Positions 33,032 through 43,825 of a stretch of DNA of 64,000 bases are shown in pieces. The notes beneath the pieces are model-generated. The model was given only the letters and a program-made list of their open reading frames with translations, ran no database searches and was not told the origin of the DNA. Source of the DNA: Planctomycetota bacterium (GTDB lineage: Bacteria > Planctomycetota > PLA2 > JAEUHO01); the NCBI GenBank assembly GCA_030066775.1, contig JASJAY010000001.1:4612-68611 (forward strand), in the 5' to 3' direction. Each line of letters starts with the position of its first letter. Positions within the stretch are counted from its first letter, which is position 1. The position numbers and the translations under genes were made by a program.

Positions 33032-35209
33032 TCAGCGCGTGAGTACCGCCCGGTCGAACACCAGGGGGTTGGACGTGTCGTACACGTACACGGCGTCGAA
33101 CCGCGTGTCCGGCGCGAACAGCCGGTGCGTGACGGGATCGTAGTCCGCCGCGCGCGGTGAGATCGGGTTCGGTCCGACGCCCACATCGATGGACGAGAGG
33201 ACCGTTCGGTTGCCCGTCGTGAGGTCGATGCCCGTCACGTCGACGTTGGTCGTGGGGGAGCTGGCGTTGGCGACCTGGTCGCGGAGCAGCAGCACGCGGT
33301 TGTTGGCCGCGTCGAGATGGATCGCGGAACCGCCGGGAAAGGTGCCGGTCCCCAAGGTGCTGTCGGTCACCACGGTGCGAACGCCCGTCGTCCGATTTAC
33401 GGCGTAGAGCGTCCGCGGGAAGCCGTTGTCCAGCACCAGAATCCGGTTGCTCGCGAGGTCCAGCGTCATCGCGTTCGGCACGCTGAAGGCCGGACCGAAG
33501 CCGCCACTGTTGTCGGACAGCGTCGTGCGGTTCCCGGTGGTCGGGTCGATCTCGACGATGTGATCCTGGTTGCTGCTGATCAAGAGCACCGTGCCGTCGA
33601 CTGGATCGAAGAGGAGGTCCATGGCCGACGGGATCGACGGGCCTGCGCCGCGCGCGCCGGCCTGCGAGATCAGCGACCGGTCGCCGTCGTTCAAGTCCAC
33701 CGCATAGAGCGCCTCGGTGTCCCAGTCGTAGATGAAGAGCCGGCGTCCGGCGGCGTCGATCGCGATCGGGCCGAACCCGCCGAAGATCGGGCCGCTCCGC
33801 ACCCCGGGGCCCGAGAAGAGCAGACGCTCGCCGTTGACGGGGTTGATCCGCAAGATCTGCGCGTTGAGGCTCGTATCGCGGATCATCGCGAAGAGGGCGC
33901 CGGTGAGGGGATCGTAGGCGACGTCACCCGGGAAGCGGTCGGTCAGGTCCACGCCCACGCCGATGCGATCGTCGAATACGAGCGAGCGGTTGCCCGTCCC
34001 GAGCGCGATGTCGAAGACCTTGTGCTCTTCGTCGCATGCATAGATGCGACCCGCCGTGCCGTGGTTCTCGACATCGACCACACGGTCGAACTCGGGTCCG
34101 GTGCCGACGCTGTCGCTCGAGAGGGTCGTGCGGTTGCCGGTCGTCACGTCGACGCCGACGATCCGCCGCGTGCCCTCGTCACCGACGACGAGCTGGGCAC
34201 CGTCCATGACGATCCCCGTCAGGGTCTGGAAGTCGTCGCCTGCCCCGGTGTTGTCGTCCGAGATGATCGTGCGCGCCCCCGTCGTGAGGTTGACGGAGTA
34301 GACGGCATTCCGGTCGTTCACGTACGCCGTGTTGCCCAGGAAGTCCGCGACGAGCTCGCGCGGGCCGATGAAGAAATCGTCGCCGGATCCCGCGCCGCCG
34401 TTGCTGCTCACGTCCGTGCGGTTTCCGTTGTCCGGATCGAACGAGATGAGCCCGTTGAACCCCTCGTCGGCCACCAGGACGGTGTCGGTCTGCGGGTCGT
34501 AGGTAAGCGCCATGGGATCGTTGAAGTTCGGCGGCCCCGTGCCGACGCTGCTGCTCGCGACGATGGTGCGTGCGCCCGTGGCCAGCGTGACCTCCATGAC
34601 GCGACGCGCGCCCGGCGAGCCCTGCGCGCCCTCGACGATGAAGGCACGTCCGTTCGGTAGGTCCAGGACGACGCCTTCCGGATCGACGAAGTCGGGTCCG
34701 GCGCCGACGCCGCCTCCGGAGAGGAGCGTGCGGTGGCCGGTGGCGAGGGCGATGGCGGCGAGCGTCTGCAGGCGCGCATCGATGTAGTAGAGGCGCCCGC
34801 TGGCGTCATCCAGGGCGAGCTCTCGCACGAAGAGGGGGTATTGCCCGACGCTCAGGACCTGCACGACGACGTGGGCGGTCAGGACCGCGCCGCCCGGCTG
34901 GAGGACGTCGACGGGCAGCACGTTGAGGCCCGGCGCCAGTGCGACGTCGGCCTCCCACGTGGCGAATCCGTCGCCCGATGTCGCAACGACGCCATCGACA
35001 CGAACGCCGTCCACCTGCGAAGCATCCGGCGCGGTGCCGCGGATTCGGATCGTGGTCTGATCCGTGATGCCGGTGGGGCCCGGGAACACGACACGGACGA
35101 GGGTGTTCTCGGAGATGGCGTCGTCGCCGCCGCCGCCTCCACCGCCGCACCCCACGGGCAGGCACAGGAGCAACCCACTCACGATCAAGACAGCTCGAAG
35201 GGACCTCAT
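33032..35209 (-). CDS. lipoprotein with about 11 tandem beta-propeller-type repeats
   Basis: 725-aa ORF. Lipobox LPVGCGGGGGG. N-terminal Ig-like region, then repeats of roughly 50 aa built around TGxRTxxSxxxxGxGPxF. Confidence 0.8.
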   Translation of the reverse strand: MRSLRAVLIVSGLLLCLPVGCGGGGGGGDDAISENTLVRVVFPGPTGITDQTTIRIRGTAPDASQVDGVRVDGVVATSGDGFATWEADVALAPGLNVLPVDVLQPGGAVLTAHVVVQVLSVGQYPLFVRELALDDASGRLYYIDARLQTLAAIALATGHRTLLSGGGVGAGPDFVDPEGVVLDLPNGRAFIVEGAQGSPGARRVMEVTLATGARTIVASSSVGTGPPNFNDPMALTYDPQTDTVLVADEGFNGLISFDPDNGNRTDVSSNGGAGSGDDFFIGPRELVADFLGNTAYVNDRNAVYSVNLTTGARTIISDDNTGAGDDFQTLTGIVMDGAQLVVGDEGTRRIVGVDVTTGNRTTLSSDSVGTGPEFDRVVDVENHGTAGRIYACDEEHKVFDIALGTGNRSLVFDDRIGVGVDLTDRFPGDVAYDPLTGALFAMIRDTSLNAQILRINPVNGERLLFSGPGVRSGPIFGGFGPIAIDAAGRRLFIYDWDTEALYAVDLNDGDRSLISQAGARGAGPSIPSAMDLLFDPVDGTVLLISSNQDHIVEIDPTTGNRTTLSDNSGGFGPAFSVPNAMTLDLASNRILVLDNGFPRTLYAVNRTTGVRTVVTDSTLGTGTFPGGSAIHLDAANNRVLLLRDQVANASSPTTNVDVTGIDLTTGNRTVLSSIDVGVGPNPISPRAADYDPVTHRLFAPDTRFDAVYVYDTSNPLVFDRAVLTR

Positions 35210-35275
35210 GCGACAGCCTCCGTATCCAACCCGTGCATTATGCCGGGTTGGCGGATGCCTGTCGCGTGCCCCGGA

Positions 35276-37372
35276 TCAGGACGCCCCGTCCAGCGCGGCC
35301 CGTACGTGGCTCGACAGCTGCGTGGGGCTGAAGGGCTTCTGGAGCAGCTGGATCGCGGGGTCCAGCTTGCCCTTGTCGTTCAGCGCCTCGAACGGGTAGC
35401 CGGACATGTAGAGCACCCGCAGGTCGGGGCGCTTGGTGCGCAGGCGCTCGGCGAGCTCGGTGCCCCGCATGCCCGGCAGGACGACGTCGGTCAGCAACAG
35501 ATCGATGCGGCTCGGGTCCGCCATGGCGATCGCGAGGCCCGCGTCGGGGTCCTTGGCCGCGAGGACGCGGTAGCCGCATACCTGCAGGATCTCGACGGTC
35601 AGGTTGCGCACGGAAGCGTTGTCCTCGACGAGCAGCACGGTCTCGGGCCCGCGGGAGAGTGCGCGCTCGGCCGGCTGGGGCTCCGAGGCGGCGTGATCGA
35701 CGGAGGTGCGCGGCAGGAAGATGACGAACGACGAGCCCTGGCCCTCTGTGCTGTTCACACGAATCGTGCCGTTGCTCTGCTTGACGATGCCGTAGACGGT
35801 GGCGAGGCCGAGCCCTGTCCCGTCAGCGGGGTCCTTCGTCGAGAAGAACGGCTCGAAGATGAAGTCGAGGACGTGGGCCGGGATGCCACTGCCCCGGTCG
35901 GCGACCTCGAGGCGTACGAAGGCGTCGCCGTCGAGCTCGGACTTGAGGTCGTCGACCAAGTCCGCCCGGGCGACGTTTCGCGTCGAGATGCGCAGGACGC
36001 CGCCGTTCGGCATCGCATCGCGGGCGTTCACGGCGAGGTTCACGATGATCTGCTCGACCTGGCCGGCATCGACGAACACGGGGTGCAGGTCGTCCGCCAG
36101 CCGGGTGCGAAGCTCGATGTCCTCGCCCAGGAGCAGCTGGAGCATCTTGACGAGGTCCTTGACCGCGTGGCTCAGGTCCAGGACGACCGGCTTCAGGACC
36201 TGCTTCCGGCTGAACGCCAGGAGCTGTTGCGTCAGCTGGCCGGCGCGCTCACCGCTGCGCAGGATCTCGCGCGCGTAGGTCGCAACCGGGCTCTCCTCGT
36301 CCACGGCAGCCAGGCTGAGCTCGGCATAGCCGCAGATGGCCGTGAGCACGTTGTTGAAGTCGTGGGCGACGCCGCCGGCGAGACGCCCAATGGCGCCCAG
36401 TCGATCCGCCTGGCGTAGCGCATCGGAGAGCTCGCGCGCGCGTCTGCGCGAGCGCTCGATCTCGCGCTCGGCGTGCTCGACGTTGAACCGCGCCTGCATC
36501 TCCGCGATCTTGCGCGTGCGCTCCTTGTCGAAGTCGCGCTCCTGCTGCTCGGTCAGACGACGCAGGGCCTCGAGGGCTTCAGGCAAGTTCCCGCGTGCCT
36601 CTTCGAAGTTGGCGAGCAGCCGATGGGCCTGCAGGAGATGGTCCTCGAGGTCGTGCTTTTCGAGCAGCTCGAGACCCGGACGAAGCGTGGCCTCGACCTG
36701 GTCGAGCTCGCCCATCGTGAAGTGCAGCTGCGCGATGTTCAGGAGCGCACTGGCAACGCCGCGCTCGTCGCCGAGCTCCCGCTTGAGCTCGAGCGCTTCC
36801 TCCCACGGCGCGAAGGCGTTCTTGGGATTGCCGAGATCGTGATGGATCGCGCCCAGGTTGATCAGCGCGACGCTCAGGGCGCGCGTCATCCCATGCTGCC
36901 GCGCAACGCCGATCACCTCCTCGATCTGCGCGCGCGCGTTCTCGTACTCACCTTTCTTGATGAGCGCCATGGCGAGGCTGTTCTTCGCCGTCGTCAGCGT
37001 ATCCGTGTCGAGGCGTTCGGCGCGGGCCACGGCCTTCTCGAGATACCGCGTCGCCTCGCCGGTGTTGCCCCACATCCCATGGGCCACGCCGACGCAGCAC
37101 TCTACGCGCGTTGCGGCTACGTCATCGACGCCGCTGTAGTAGGAGAGGGCGTCGAGCAGCGAGTGCAGCGCCCGGCGGCTATGCCCCCGTCGCAGGTGGC
37201 TTCGCCCGAGAACGAAGGACGCAGCGGCACGCGCTTCACCGTGTGCGTCCTCGCCGGCGAGGGCGAGCCCTTCTGTCGCAAGCTCTCCCGCGCGCTGGGG
37301 ATCTGCTTGCAGCAGGGAGCTGGCCTCGTCGATGGCGGGCCACGCCGGGCTCGAAGCTCGATCCGCCTGCAT
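35276..37372 (-). CDS. TPR-repeat hybrid sensor histidine kinase/response regulator
   Basis: Track ORF 35276..37441 begins at a TTG. ATG 37372 is preferred (GGAGA 4 nt upstream); ATG 37387 is the alternative. TPR region, H-box AGGVAHDFNNVL, HATPase domain, and receiver motif LLLTDVVLPGM. Confidence 0.8.
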   Translation of the reverse strand: MQADRASSPAWPAIDEASSLLQADPQRAGELATEGLALAGEDAHGEARAAASFVLGRSHLRRGHSRRALHSLLDALSYYSGVDDVAATRVECCVGVAHGMWGNTGEATRYLEKAVARAERLDTDTLTTAKNSLAMALIKKGEYENARAQIEEVIGVARQHGMTRALSVALINLGAIHHDLGNPKNAFAPWEEALELKRELGDERGVASALLNIAQLHFTMGELDQVEATLRPGLELLEKHDLEDHLLQAHRLLANFEEARGNLPEALEALRRLTEQQERDFDKERTRKIAEMQARFNVEHAEREIERSRRRARELSDALRQADRLGAIGRLAGGVAHDFNNVLTAICGYAELSLAAVDEESPVATYAREILRSGERAGQLTQQLLAFSRKQVLKPVVLDLSHAVKDLVKMLQLLLGEDIELRTRLADDLHPVFVDAGQVEQIIVNLAVNARDAMPNGGVLRISTRNVARADLVDDLKSELDGDAFVRLEVADRGSGIPAHVLDFIFEPFFSTKDPADGTGLGLATVYGIVKQSNGTIRVNSTEGQGSSFVIFLPRTSVDHAASEPQPAERALSRGPETVLLVEDNASVRNLTVEILQVCGYRVLAAKDPDAGLAIAMADPSRIDLLLTDVVLPGMRGTELAERLRTKRPDLRVLYMSGYPFEALNDKGKLDPAIQLLQKPFSPTQLSSHVRAALDGAS

Positions 37373-37501
37373 GCCGTCTCCACACATTCCGATCAGCACA
37401 CCCAATCGAACCCGGCACGCCCCCTCGAGCGCAAACCGCAATTAACAATGTCCAAATCCTCGGTGGCCGGCGCGCAGGGACGGACGTCGCAGGCAGTCGA
37501 T

Positions 37502-38494
37502 TCAGGCGGTGTGCGCTCGGTCGACCCGCAGGCCGGGGAGATTCTGGTCGTACGTGAACGCGAGCCGGATCCCCGCCTCGAGCGGCGGCGTGTCCGTCAC
37601 GATGTGGGGGAAGGTGATGCCCGAGTCGTAGTCGCCTAGGGCGTGATTGCCGTGGACTTCGACCGCCGTCGCAATAACCAGGTGCTCCCCCGCCGCGGGC
37701 GCGCGAGGCAAGGTGACGGTCGTGGGCTTGAAGGCGTCCGCCGCCCGCGCCGTCGCGGCCGAGAGCTCGAACAGGGTACCCAGCTCGACCCTGTCGCGGC
37801 GCGGATCCGCCGGGTCGACCTCCGCGCTGGGATTCGCGAGGCACGCGCGCAGCGTGATGCGCGCCGGGACGAGCACCGTGTCGTCCGAGAGCTGGCGTAG
37901 GAGATTGCGCGTGACGGCCACCTGGGGCTCGTTGGTCAAGGCGCGCTGCATGGTCTCGACCAGCAGGATGTCCACGACGGGATTCGCGGGCGCGGTCCAG
38001 GCCGCGGCGTCGGCTTGCACCATGTGCTGGACGTACGGCGCGAGCTCGAGCTGATCGACGAGTCGCTGGACGCTCTGGATCGATGCCGCGTGCACGTCGA
38101 GCAGCGTGAAGCGGAGCGTGTCGGGCGCGAACCGCGTCGTGAGGGGGAGCGCGAGCGTCGCGAACGGACCGCACCCTGCGTAGAGGACGTGCACGGGGCG
38201 ATCACCGCAGCGTGTCCGCAGGTCCTCGATCGCTGCCGTGAGACCGAGCAGATAGGCGCGCGTACGCGCGAGGTCGAGCAGGCAGCGTCCCGCATCCACG
38301 GGGGAGAGCGCCGTGCCCGTCGGAAGGTGCGTGGGCTCCTTTGCATCGTCGGCAGCCGAGATCCGCGTGGCTTCGTCCAGCAGGACGTGGAGCCGGTTGG
38401 CTGCGGTGAACGTGTCGCCGGGCGTGCTGTCTGGATCCAGCAGCACCCCCGTGAGCTCACGGAAGGTCTCGTGGTTGAGGGAGGCGCTGCCCAT
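37502..38494 (-). CDS. hypothetical protein, possible class I methyltransferase-like fold
   Basis: 330-aa ORF. VHVLYAGCGPFATLALPL resembles a degenerate SAM motif I. The function is not established. Confidence 0.5.
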   Translation of the reverse strand: MGSASLNHETFRELTGVLLDPDSTPGDTFTAANRLHVLLDEATRISAADDAKEPTHLPTGTALSPVDAGRCLLDLARTRAYLLGLTAAIEDLRTRCGDRPVHVLYAGCGPFATLALPLTTRFAPDTLRFTLLDVHAASIQSVQRLVDQLELAPYVQHMVQADAAAWTAPANPVVDILLVETMQRALTNEPQVAVTRNLLRQLSDDTVLVPARITLRACLANPSAEVDPADPRRDRVELGTLFELSAATARAADAFKPTTVTLPRAPAAGEHLVIATAVEVHGNHALGDYDSGITFPHIVTDTPPLEAGIRLAFTYDQNLPGLRVDRAHTA

Positions 38495-38509
38495 CGATGT
38501 AGGCAGACG

Positions 38510-39949
38510 CTAGAGCTCCTTCGACTTGAGCACGAGCATCTTCTCGACCTGCATGTCGGCGATCGTGTAGCCGATGCCACCGATGCCCAGCCCGGACTCG
38601 CGCAGGCCGGCGAAGGGCATGCCGTCGACCCGGAAGGCGGTGTGGTCGCCGACCATGACGGCCGAGGCGGCGACGCGGCGGTAGACCCGCAGCGCCGTGT
38701 CCATGTCCTGCGTGAAGACGGCCGCCTGGAACGCCACCGGCAAGGCGTTGGCCTGCTCGATGGCGGCGTCGAGATCGTCGTAGGGGTAGACGCACACGAC
38801 CGGGCCGAAGACCTCCTCCGTGCTGACCTTGGCATCGGCCGGCGGATCGAAGAGCACGGTGCAGGGGTAGCACGTCTCGGAGAGCGGGTCGCCGCCCGCC
38901 AGGCGCTCGGCGCCCGCCTCGACGGCATCCTCGACCCACTCGTGCACGCGCGTCACCTCACGCGGTCGGATCAGCGGGCCCACCTCGGTCTCGGCGCTCG
39001 TGGGATCCCCGATGACCTGCGCGCGTGCCGCGTCGGCCAGCCGCTCGGCGAAGGTGCGCGCGATCTCCCGGTGCGCGTAGACGCGCTGGACGGATACGCA
39101 GACCTGGCCGGCGTGATAGAAGCCGCCCTTGGCTGCGGCGGGCACCGCCGCGTCGAGGTCCGCGTCGGCGGCGAGGAAGAGTGGCGCCACGCCGCCGTGC
39201 TCCAGCGCGCACCGTGTGCCGGGCGCCAGCTTGCTGCGCAGCATCCAGCCCACGCGGGCGCTGCCGATGAACGTGAAGAACGCAACGCGCGGATCGGTGA
39301 CGAGCGCTTCGGCGGACGCGTGCGAGTCGGTGAGCAGCACCTGGCACCACGCCGGCGGCAGGCCAGCCTCGCGGAACAGCTCGGCCAGGCGGATGCACGA
39401 GAGCGGCGTGTCCTCCGCGGGCTTCACGATCACCGGGCAGCCGGCGGCCACCGCCGCCGCCACCTGGTGCACGATCAGGTTCAGCGGGTGGTTGAACGCA
39501 CTCACCGCGACCACCGGCCCGATCGGCTCGCGCTGGGTAAGAGCGATTCGGCCGGCGCCGGCGGGCGTGCCGCCCATGGGGATCACGTCGCCTTGCTCGG
39601 TACGGATCACCTCGATGCAGAGGTGGATGCCGTCGATGGCGCGCGCGACCTCGACGCGCGAGTCGATCAGCGGCTTTCCGCCTTCGCGCGCGGCCTGCAC
39701 GGCGAGCGCTTCCTGCTCGGCCTCCATCAGGGCGGCCGTGCGCTTCAAGATGGCGATGCGCTCATGGAGCGGGAGCCAACCGTCACGGTCTGCATGTGTC
39801 GCGGCCGCGACGGCCAGGGCCTCGTCGACGTGGGTTGCGTCGCCCACGGGCAGCTCGGCGATGACGCTGCCGTCGTAGGGAGCCGTCACCGTCGTCGTGC
39901 CGGCCGGCGGTCGGTCGCTCTCGATCATCAGCCGGGCATCGCTCTGCAT
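38510..39949 (-). CDS. NAD(P)-dependent aldehyde dehydrogenase family protein
   Basis: Track ORF 38510..40993 trimmed to ATG 39949 after GGAGA. ALEHGGVAP (an ELGG-type variant) and FYHAGQVCVSVQR (catalytic Cys region). Confidence 0.85.
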   Translation of the reverse strand: MQSDARLMIESDRPPAGTTTVTAPYDGSVIAELPVGDATHVDEALAVAAATHADRDGWLPLHERIAILKRTAALMEAEQEALAVQAAREGGKPLIDSRVEVARAIDGIHLCIEVIRTEQGDVIPMGGTPAGAGRIALTQREPIGPVVAVSAFNHPLNLIVHQVAAAVAAGCPVIVKPAEDTPLSCIRLAELFREAGLPPAWCQVLLTDSHASAEALVTDPRVAFFTFIGSARVGWMLRSKLAPGTRCALEHGGVAPLFLAADADLDAAVPAAAKGGFYHAGQVCVSVQRVYAHREIARTFAERLADAARAQVIGDPTSAETEVGPLIRPREVTRVHEWVEDAVEAGAERLAGGDPLSETCYPCTVLFDPPADAKVSTEEVFGPVVCVYPYDDLDAAIEQANALPVAFQAAVFTQDMDTALRVYRRVAASAVMVGDHTAFRVDGMPFAGLRESGLGIGGIGYTIADMQVEKMLVLKSKEL

Positions 39950-39963
39950 GGTCGTCTCCGGGG

Positions 39964-41613
39964 CTAGAGCTGCTGGGTGATCTCGCCGAGGCGTTCGGTG
40001 AGCAGCGTGTTCTCGCGGTAGTCGATCGGGACCACGACCAGGCTCGGGCCGGGCTCGTTGAATGCGGCTTCCAGGGTGTCCCGAAGCTCCGCGCTCTTCG
40101 TGACACAGTGTCCGCTCCAGCCGAAGGCCTCGGCCAGCTTCGTCCAGCTCGGGTTGCCGAACGCGAGGTCGGTGTGGCGGTCGAACTCGTTGTCCTGCTT
40201 CCACGCGATCAGGCCGTAGCCGCCGTCTTCCCAGACCATCACGGTGATGTTGCTGTCGAGGCGGCGCGCGGTCTCCATCTCCTGCACGTTCATCAGGAAG
40301 CCGCCGTCGCCGGCGATGGCCAGCACGCGCCGATCGGGGTGGACCAGGCCGGCGGCGATGGCGCCCGGAAGCGCGAAGCCCATCGAGCAGAACCCGTTGG
40401 GGATCAGGCAGGTATTGGGCTCGTGGCAGTGGTAGTGGCGCGCGATCCACATCTTGTGTGCGCCGACGTCGGAGAGCAGCACGTCCTTCGGGCCCAGGAC
40501 CTGGCGCGCGTCCCAGAGGGCCTTCTGCGGCCGGATGAAGCCGTCCGTGTCGTCGTTCGCGTGCGTCGCGAGGTCTTCGCCCATGCGGCGGCGCATCTCG
40601 GCCTGGTAGCCGAGGTCGAGATCGAGCGGGGTGGTCTCGAGGCGCTCGTTGAAGGCCCACAGCGTGTGCTGGAGCTCGCCGATGAGCTCGACCTGCGGGT
40701 TGTAGTACTCGTCGATCTCGGCCGGGAGGAAGTCGGCGTGGATGATCGGCTTGTCGCCGTCCGCGTTCCACAGCCGCGGGTGGTACTCGACCATGTCGAA
40801 GCCGAGGGTGATCACGAGGTCGGACTCGTCGATCACCACGGCGGGCAGGTCCTTGGAGCCGAGGCCGATCGTGTAGAGGCACTGGGGCGCGTCCATGTCG
40901 ACCACGCCCTTCGCCATGAAGGTGCTGATGACGCCGATGCCGGTGCGCTCGACGAACGCGCGCAGCTGCGGGCCGGCGTCCTTCCGGATGCACCCGTTAC
41001 CGGCGAGGATCACGGGGCGCTTCGCGGCGGCGAGCATCGCCATCGCCTGGTCGATGATCTTGTCGTCCGGCACGTAGCGCCGGAACCGACGTACGGGCAT
41101 CGGCTCGGCGTCGGTCTCGTGCTTGGCCACGTCCTCGGGCAGCTCGATGTGCACGGCGCCGGGCTTCTCCGTGCGCGCGAGCCGCACGGCCTTGCGCAGG
41201 ATCTCGGGGATCGTGTCCGCGTTCACGATCGTGGTCGCCCACTTCGTGACGGGCCGGAACATGGAGACCACGTCCATGATCTGGTGCGACTCCTTGTGTA
41301 GCCGCTCGGTCGAGCCCTGGCCCGTGATCACGAGCATGGGGGCGAGGTCCATGTTCGCGTCGGCGACGCCCGTGATCAGGTTCGTGGCGCCGGGGCCGAG
41401 GGTGCCGAGGCACACCGCCGGATTGCCCGTCAGGCGGCCGTAGACCTCCGCCATGAACGCCGCGCCCTGCTCGTGGCGGGTGAGCACGAAGCGGATCGAG
41501 TCCGACTGCTCGAGCGACATCATGAAGTCGGCGTTCTCTTCGCCCGGGACGCCGAACACGTACTCGATGCCCTCGGCTTCCAGGCAGCGCACGATCAGGT
41601 CGGAGGCCTTCAT
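39964..41613 (-). CDS. thiamine-diphosphate enzyme of the acetolactate-synthase (AlsS-like) family
   Basis: Track ORF 39964..41736 trimmed to ATG 41613 after GAGGAG. The N-terminus IEYVFGVPGEEN...RHEQGAAFMAEVYGRLTG...GPGATNL and the TPP motif AIAGDGGFLMN fit the family. Confidence 0.85.
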   Translation of the reverse strand: MKASDLIVRCLEAEGIEYVFGVPGEENADFMMSLEQSDSIRFVLTRHEQGAAFMAEVYGRLTGNPAVCLGTLGPGATNLITGVADANMDLAPMLVITGQGSTERLHKESHQIMDVVSMFRPVTKWATTIVNADTIPEILRKAVRLARTEKPGAVHIELPEDVAKHETDAEPMPVRRFRRYVPDDKIIDQAMAMLAAAKRPVILAGNGCIRKDAGPQLRAFVERTGIGVISTFMAKGVVDMDAPQCLYTIGLGSKDLPAVVIDESDLVITLGFDMVEYHPRLWNADGDKPIIHADFLPAEIDEYYNPQVELIGELQHTLWAFNERLETTPLDLDLGYQAEMRRRMGEDLATHANDDTDGFIRPQKALWDARQVLGPKDVLLSDVGAHKMWIARHYHCHEPNTCLIPNGFCSMGFALPGAIAAGLVHPDRRVLAIAGDGGFLMNVQEMETARRLDSNITVMVWEDGGYGLIAWKQDNEFDRHTDLAFGNPSWTKLAEAFGWSGHCVTKSAELRDTLEAAFNEPGPSLVVVPIDYRENTLLTERLGEITQQL

Positions 41614-41832
41614 CCGATGCTCCTCGGGGGGGCCATGATGGGGGCCGGCGAGTGCCTCACAAGCCCTTCCGCTGCCGTCCCGACGCCGCCCGGGAGGCCC
41701 ACGTTTCAGGGATTCGCCCCGCGAACGCCCCTCCAAGTTGAGACCGCGTTAAGAGATCGACCCCCCGGCGTGGCGCCGCCGCGGGGGTTCCCTACGGTCC
41801 ACCTGACGAGAGAGAGTGGTGAGGTCCGGTCC

Positions 41833-43791
41833 ATGGCGCTGCCCGCACGCCCCGTGCACAAGCTGTTCAGCTCCGGGAGCGTTGCGCTCGTCGGGTGGCG
41901 GGCCGAGGACGGCTGGCCGCTCGACTTCGTGTCGCCCAGCCTCCGAGACATCCTCGGGTTCGGCGCGGACGACCTGCTGAGCCAGGGCACCGGCCTCGAG
42001 AAGCTCGTCCATCCGAGCGATCTCGACGACCTCCGCGAGGCACACCGCGTGCACGTCGCGAGCTCGGCCGAGCGCTTCGATCCCGCCGACTTCCGGCTGA
42101 AGACCGCCGAGGGGCAGTGGCGGTGGGTGCACGCCTCGCTGACCATCGAGCGCGATGCCGAGGGCGGGGCGGCGCGTCTCTTTGGCTATCTGCTCGACGT
42201 GACGGATCGCAAGCGCGCGGAGACCGCGCTCGAGCGCCAGCGCCAGCGACTCGAGCTCGTGATCCAGGGGACGCGCCTCGGGATGTGGGACTGGAACCCC
42301 CAGACGAACGACGTGATGTTCAACGAGACGTGGGCGCAGATGCTGGGCTACGAGCTCAGCGAGATCACGCCGTCGCTCGAGGAGTGGGAGAGCCGCGTCC
42401 ACCCGGACGACCTGGCCGCCTGCTACGAGGACATCACGGCGCACATGGAAGGGCGCGTCCCGTTCTACGAGAACGTGCATCGGATGCGCCACAAGCGCGG
42501 GCACTGGGTCTACATCCTGGACCGCGGCCAGATCATGGAGCGCGACGAGCAAGGGCGGCCGACGCGCTTCACCGGCACCCACACCGACATCACGAAGGAG
42601 AAGCTCGCCGAGCTCGAGGCCAAGGAGGCGAACGACGCCAAGAGCCTCTTCCTTGCGAACATGTCGCATGAGATCCGCACGCCGCTCAATGGCGTGCTCG
42701 GCCTGGTGCAGCTGCTCGAGAGCACCGACCTCGACGCGGAGCAGCTCGATCACCTGCGCCTGATCCGCGAGAGCGGCGAGGGGCTCCTGACCGTCATCAA
42801 CGACATCCTCGACTTCTCGAAGATCGAGGCCGGCGAGCTGACTGTCGATCCGCACAGCTTCGATCTGGAGCGCGTGGTGCGCCGCGTCGCGGACCTGCAC
42901 CGCGAGGTCGCGTTCCGCAAGGGGCTGCAGCTCCACGTCGAGGCGCGTGGCGACATCCCGGACTGGATCATCTCGGACTCGCACCGCGTGCAGCAGGTGC
43001 TCATGAACCTCGTCTCCAACGCGGTGAAGTTCACCGAGGTGGGCAGCGTCTCGATCCACGTCGATGCGCAGCCGGCGACGGCGGGCATCCATGACCTGAA
43101 GATCCAGGTACGCGACACGGGCAAGGGCATCGAGGACGCGAGCGCGATCTTCGACAGCTTCCGCCAGGAGGACGCAGGCATCTCGCGTCAGTACGGCGGC
43201 ACGGGGCTCGGCCTTGCCATTAGCCGACGGCTCGCGGACCTGCTCGGCGGGGGGCTCGACGTCGAGAGCACGCCGGGCGAGGGATCGACCTTCACCCTGT
43301 GGCTGCCGGTCGAGGTGGGGGAGCCGGTTCCGGATCGAGTCCCCGGCAGCGCGTTCGAGACCACGGATCTCGAATCCCTGCGGATCCTCGTGGCCGAGGA
43401 CAACGAGGTGAACCAGGTCGTCGCGCAGAGCGTGCTCGAGAAGCTGGGTGCGCAGGTCGACATCGCCAAGAACGGCGCCGAGGCGGTTGCCGCGGTCGAG
43501 GAGGCGACCTACGACCTCGTGCTCATGGACATGCACATGCCGGAGATGGACGGTCTCGAGGCCGCGCGCCGGCTGCGGGCGCATCCGTCGACGATCCGGC
43601 TGCCGATCATCGCCCTCTCCGCTGATGCGCTGCCCGAGACGCGTGAGGCCTGCCTCGAGGCGGGCATGAATGCGTTCATGACCAAGCCCTTCGAGGTGGA
43701 GTTGCTCAGCGAGAGCATCCAGCAGGTGCTGGCGGCGCGCGCTGCCGACGCGGCCGATCTCGCCGCCGTGCGCCGGCGCTCCGCATCCTGA
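41833..43791 (+). CDS. PAS/PAS hybrid sensor histidine kinase/response regulator
   Basis: ATG 41833 within track ORF 41473..43791. Two PAS modules, H-box [11 protein letters not shown], ATPase motifs DTGKGI and GGTGLGLAI, and receiver motif [13 protein letters not shown]. Confidence 0.85.
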   Translation: MALPARPVHKLFSSGSVALVGWRAEDGWPLDFVSPSLRDILGFGADDLLSQGTGLEKLVHPSDLDDLREAHRVHVASSAERFDPADFRLKTAEGQWRWVHASLTIERDAEGGAARLFGYLLDVTDRKRAETALERQRQRLELVIQGTRLGMWDWNPQTNDVMFNETWAQMLGYELSEITPSLEEWESRVHPDDLAACYEDITAHMEGRVPFYENVHRMRHKRGHWVYILDRGQIMERDEQGRPTRFTGTHTDITKEKLAELEAKEANDAKSLFLANMSHEIRTPLNGVLGLVQLLESTDLDAEQLDHLRLIRESGEGLLTVINDILDFSKIEAGELTVDPHSFDLERVVRRVADLHREVAFRKGLQLHVEARGDIPDWIISDSHRVQQVLMNLVSNAVKFTEVGSVSIHVDAQPATAGIHDLKIQVRDTGKGIEDASAIFDSFRQEDAGISRQYGGTGLGLAISRRLADLLGGGLDVESTPGEGSTFTLWLPVEVGEPVPDRVPGSAFETTDLESLRILVAEDNEVNQVVAQSVLEKLGAQVDIAKNGAEAVAAVEEATYDLVLMDMHMPEMDGLEAARRLRAHPSTIRLPIIALSADALPETREACLEAGMNAFMTKPFEVELLSESIQQVLAARAADAADLAAVRRRSAS

Positions 43792-43825
43792 GCCCGTCCC
43801 CGACCCATGCCGGGGCCGCCGCCGG

